A stretch of DNA of 64,000 nucleotides from Entomortierella parvispora E1425 (Eukaryota; Fungi; Mortierellomycota), in contig BQFW01000014.1 of NCBI GenBank assembly GCA_020891255.1, positions 682,001 through 746,000 of the forward strand, given 5' to 3'. The position numbers and the translations under genes are program-made. The stretch's first letter is position 1, and each line of letters starts with the position of its first letter. Below are positions 58,615 through 64,000 of the stretch, one piece after another. The notes under the pieces were generated by a model. That model searched no databases. It was given only the letters and a program-made list of their open reading frames with translations, and was not told the DNA's origin.

Positions 58615-60528
58615 TTAGGCCGAGGCGTGGTCGTGCTTGCTTCCGCAGCACTCCTTCTGCTCGTTCACGGGAGAGTCGGCAGCAAGGTCAACCTTGAAGC
58701 TGGCGGCCTTGGGCACCAATCCTGTTTGTCATAAATAAAAAAAAAAAGAGAAAAAGAGTTAGCAATGGAATCAAGACCTGAGGCCACTTGATTGCACTAT
58801 CAAGATCATATCATCATTCCTTACCGAGGGTATCAAACATCTGCTGGTCAGCGTTAAACTTGTTGTTGGGCGTGGTCAAGAGCTTGTCACCAGTGAAGAT
58901 GGAGTTGGCTCCAGCCATGAAGCAGAGGGCCTGCTCGGGCTCTGTGAAGCGAACACGACCGGCAGAGAGACGGATCATGGTCTTGGGCATGACAATACGG
59001 GCAGTGGCGATCATACGAACCATGTCCCACACCTTCACAGGCTCCTGCTTCTCCAGAGGGGTACCCTCAACAGCCAACAAAGCGTTCACGGGCACACTCT
59101 CGGGATGTGCTGGCATGGTCGAAAGGGTGTGAAGCATACCGACGCGATCGGTATCAGTCTCGCCCAATCCAATAATACCTCCAGAGCAGACAGAGATACC
59201 GGCCTCACGAACCTTGGAGATAGTCTCCAAACGCTCATCGTAGGAACGGGTTGTGATGATCTTTGGGTAGTATTCCCTGGATGTGTCGAGGTTGTGGTTG
59301 TATGCAGTCAATCCAGCGTCCTTGAGCTGACCAGCTTGCTCATCGTTCAACATACCCAATGTGCAGCACACCTCCATATCCATAGCTCTATTGGAGTGGA
59401 AAAGTGGGTTAGAAAGGTCAAATCGTTTCCCGTTTGAGGCTCCGTTCTTCTTGTGGCCCGCAAAATCAATGACGGAGAGAAGCGCCCATTGCTTATCAAT
59501 CAACGTACCTGATCTCCTTGACGAATCCAACAATCTTCTTGAAGTTGCTCTTGCGACCAGCCAAATCTCTCCAGGCAGCACCCATGCAGAAGCGAGTCGA
59601 TCCAGCGGCCTTGGCAGCGCGAGCAGCCTCGAGAACCTCGCCAGTATCGAGCATCTTTTGCGCCTTGACCACAGTCGAGTAGCTTGAGGACTGAGGGCAG
59701 TACTTGCAATCTTCACTGCATCCTCCGGTCTTGATGCTCAGCAACGTGCACTGCTGGACAGCGAGGGGGTCGAAGTGGAGACGGTGGACGTTGGCCTAAG
59801 AAGAATGGCAAAGAAGGAACGGGTAAGGGGGTGGCGCGTTAGACAACCCCACGGACGGAGTGGAACGAGATTCGCAGATCGAGCAAAATAAAATGAAAAA
59901 AAAACGGTCCTTCCCAAAAGATTGATAATGGTGGGGCAAAAAAAAAAAAAAGATAAAATAAACCGAAAAATCCGGAGTGGTTGGATCGCGTTTGTTGGCC
60001 TCGCGCCTTTCCCCACTCCTTCAGAGTTGTGTACGTGTACAGACCAGAATGGTTACATGTGTCAACGACCACGGCCCTGACAGGGAGGAATAAAGGGTCC
60101 AAGAGGAAGAAAATAGAACGAAAAGAGACGCAAGTAAAGAGCGGTTCGGCTTTCCACCCTTTGAAGTGACAATAAGAGGCTGGTACCCCGCCTTCCTCTC
60201 TCCTGCCTCTCCTGGAATGATAACAAATCAAGCTTTTGTCTCAACTTACCCCGTGGTAGAGCAACTCCATGATGGGGGAATGGTAAATGGCATCAATCTC
60301 CTCCTTCTTCCAGTCGAAACGCAACTCGCCGTGGGCATTCGCAGCAGCGGCTGAGAGCTCGCGTCCAAAGACCATCTGCTTCTGAGCGCGGGGGCTTTCG
60401 TCAATTGTGGCAAACTTTGTAGGGGTGGAGACAGCGGTGTAAGCGCGGCTCAATTGGTACGCGGCATTCTTGCTGTGGTTGATCTTGAGTGCTCCGGCAG
60501 AGAGCGAGCGTAATGAAGCCATGGACAT
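58615..60528 (-). CDS. BIO2: Biotin synthase (radical SAM), mitochondrial, 4 exons
   Basis: Presequence-like N-terminus [18 protein letters not shown] (CxxxCxxC), [46 protein letters not shown]. Last exon LVPKAASF...[12 protein letters not shown]. Confidence 0.96.
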
Positions 60529-61261
60529 GATGACGAGGATGTGAAATAGAAGACGGGGTTGGAGAATGAATGAAGAGAGAAAAGAAAAAGAAGCAAAAAG
60601 TGGGGGAAACGGTCCTGTCAAAAAGAGGCCGAGGTCACCGCTCTCGACCAGCAGGGGTTTGTTTTGCGTTGATTCACACACAGTTTAGTGGACACCGACA
60701 GAAAGGGTTCGGGGCCTCAAAATATCGCACAGAAGTGGGGGGAGGGAAAATATTTCGTCTCGTTGACTCGAAGCCTCGCTCCTTACTTGAGCGACCAAGC
60801 GTCTCTCCCCTGACCCATTGTCGTCTTGTACCTCCAGGCACGCGCCTCTTTCTTGTGTTTGTACTTCATATCTTACCTTTCTGCCGAGTCTGTCACTGCC
60901 TGATGCCAAAGATTGATCGAGATCGCAGCTCCGGATGTGTCTTGCCTCGATGCCAGTGAGCAAACCCCAGGTCTCTGATTTCGGAGCATGGCCCCTTTGC
61001 CATCAATTGCTCGGTCAAGTGCCCCTCCAACTAGGCCTGGGCCGATCATGGAGAGATATGTCTCGCCAAGATCGGCAATTGATCCTCAGAACTGCAACCT
61101 GTTGCTTGAAAAGACGGTGGTCGACTCGGCAATTGATGCCGAGTTCCAGAGCTACTTTGGTGGAGGCGCTATGGGGTGTAAAAGAACGCTCCCGGAGCGG
61201 CTACTTTCCCACGGTTTGGAGCCTGAATTCCCCTAGTCAATTACATGGGGTGTGCAATTAG

Positions 61262-64000
<2,739 letters not shown>

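Noticed and set aside
59798-60249. Riboswitch in the long BIO2 intron 1
   Set aside because: No TPP aptamer signature or other convincing conserved structure seen; intron length alone is not evidence.
58615-60528. Bacterial horizontal transfer of biotin synthase
   Set aside because: The gene has spliceosomal introns and a mitochondrial presequence, as expected for ordinary fungal BIO2.

Overview
Eukaryotic, intron-rich fungal genomic DNA. The intron style, F-box/LRR type and presence of a WNK kinase suggest an early-diverging fungus, probably Mortierellaceae (inference). About 17 protein-coding genes are supported: a type-I membrane protein with His/Lys/Pro repeats, RPS3 (two copies), an alpha/beta hydrolase, an uncharacterised protein, an F-box/LRR protein, a WNK kinase, the PP2A scaffold A subunit, an MFSD1-like transporter, a Yap/AP-1-type bZIP, a Msg5-like MAPK phosphatase, an acidic orphan, CCT1/TCP1, a secreted type-B carboxylesterase, an Evi5/Gyp5-like TBC RabGAP, Gtr2/RagC, biotin synthase BIO2 and the mitochondrial LeuRS (runs off the window). 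There is also a frameshifted exon-1 relic of the esterase. The most notable structure is the RPS3 pair: direct repeats about 15.0 kb apart, identical by eye over about 1.5 kb including a 0.7 kb intron (one small patch differs), yet diverged in the last codons and flanks. The identity tract ends at a CAGTCACA (Homol-D) element about 50 nt upstream of a pyrimidine-rich initiator-like tract. Also notable are a WNK kinase with a DMGT instead of DLGL motif and a C-terminal SAM-like domain, a GC-AG intron, and a 9 kb gene-free region upstream of the bZIP gene. No tRNA, rRNA, CRISPR array or recognisable transposon was found. All exon models were derived by eye from splice consensus and reading frame.
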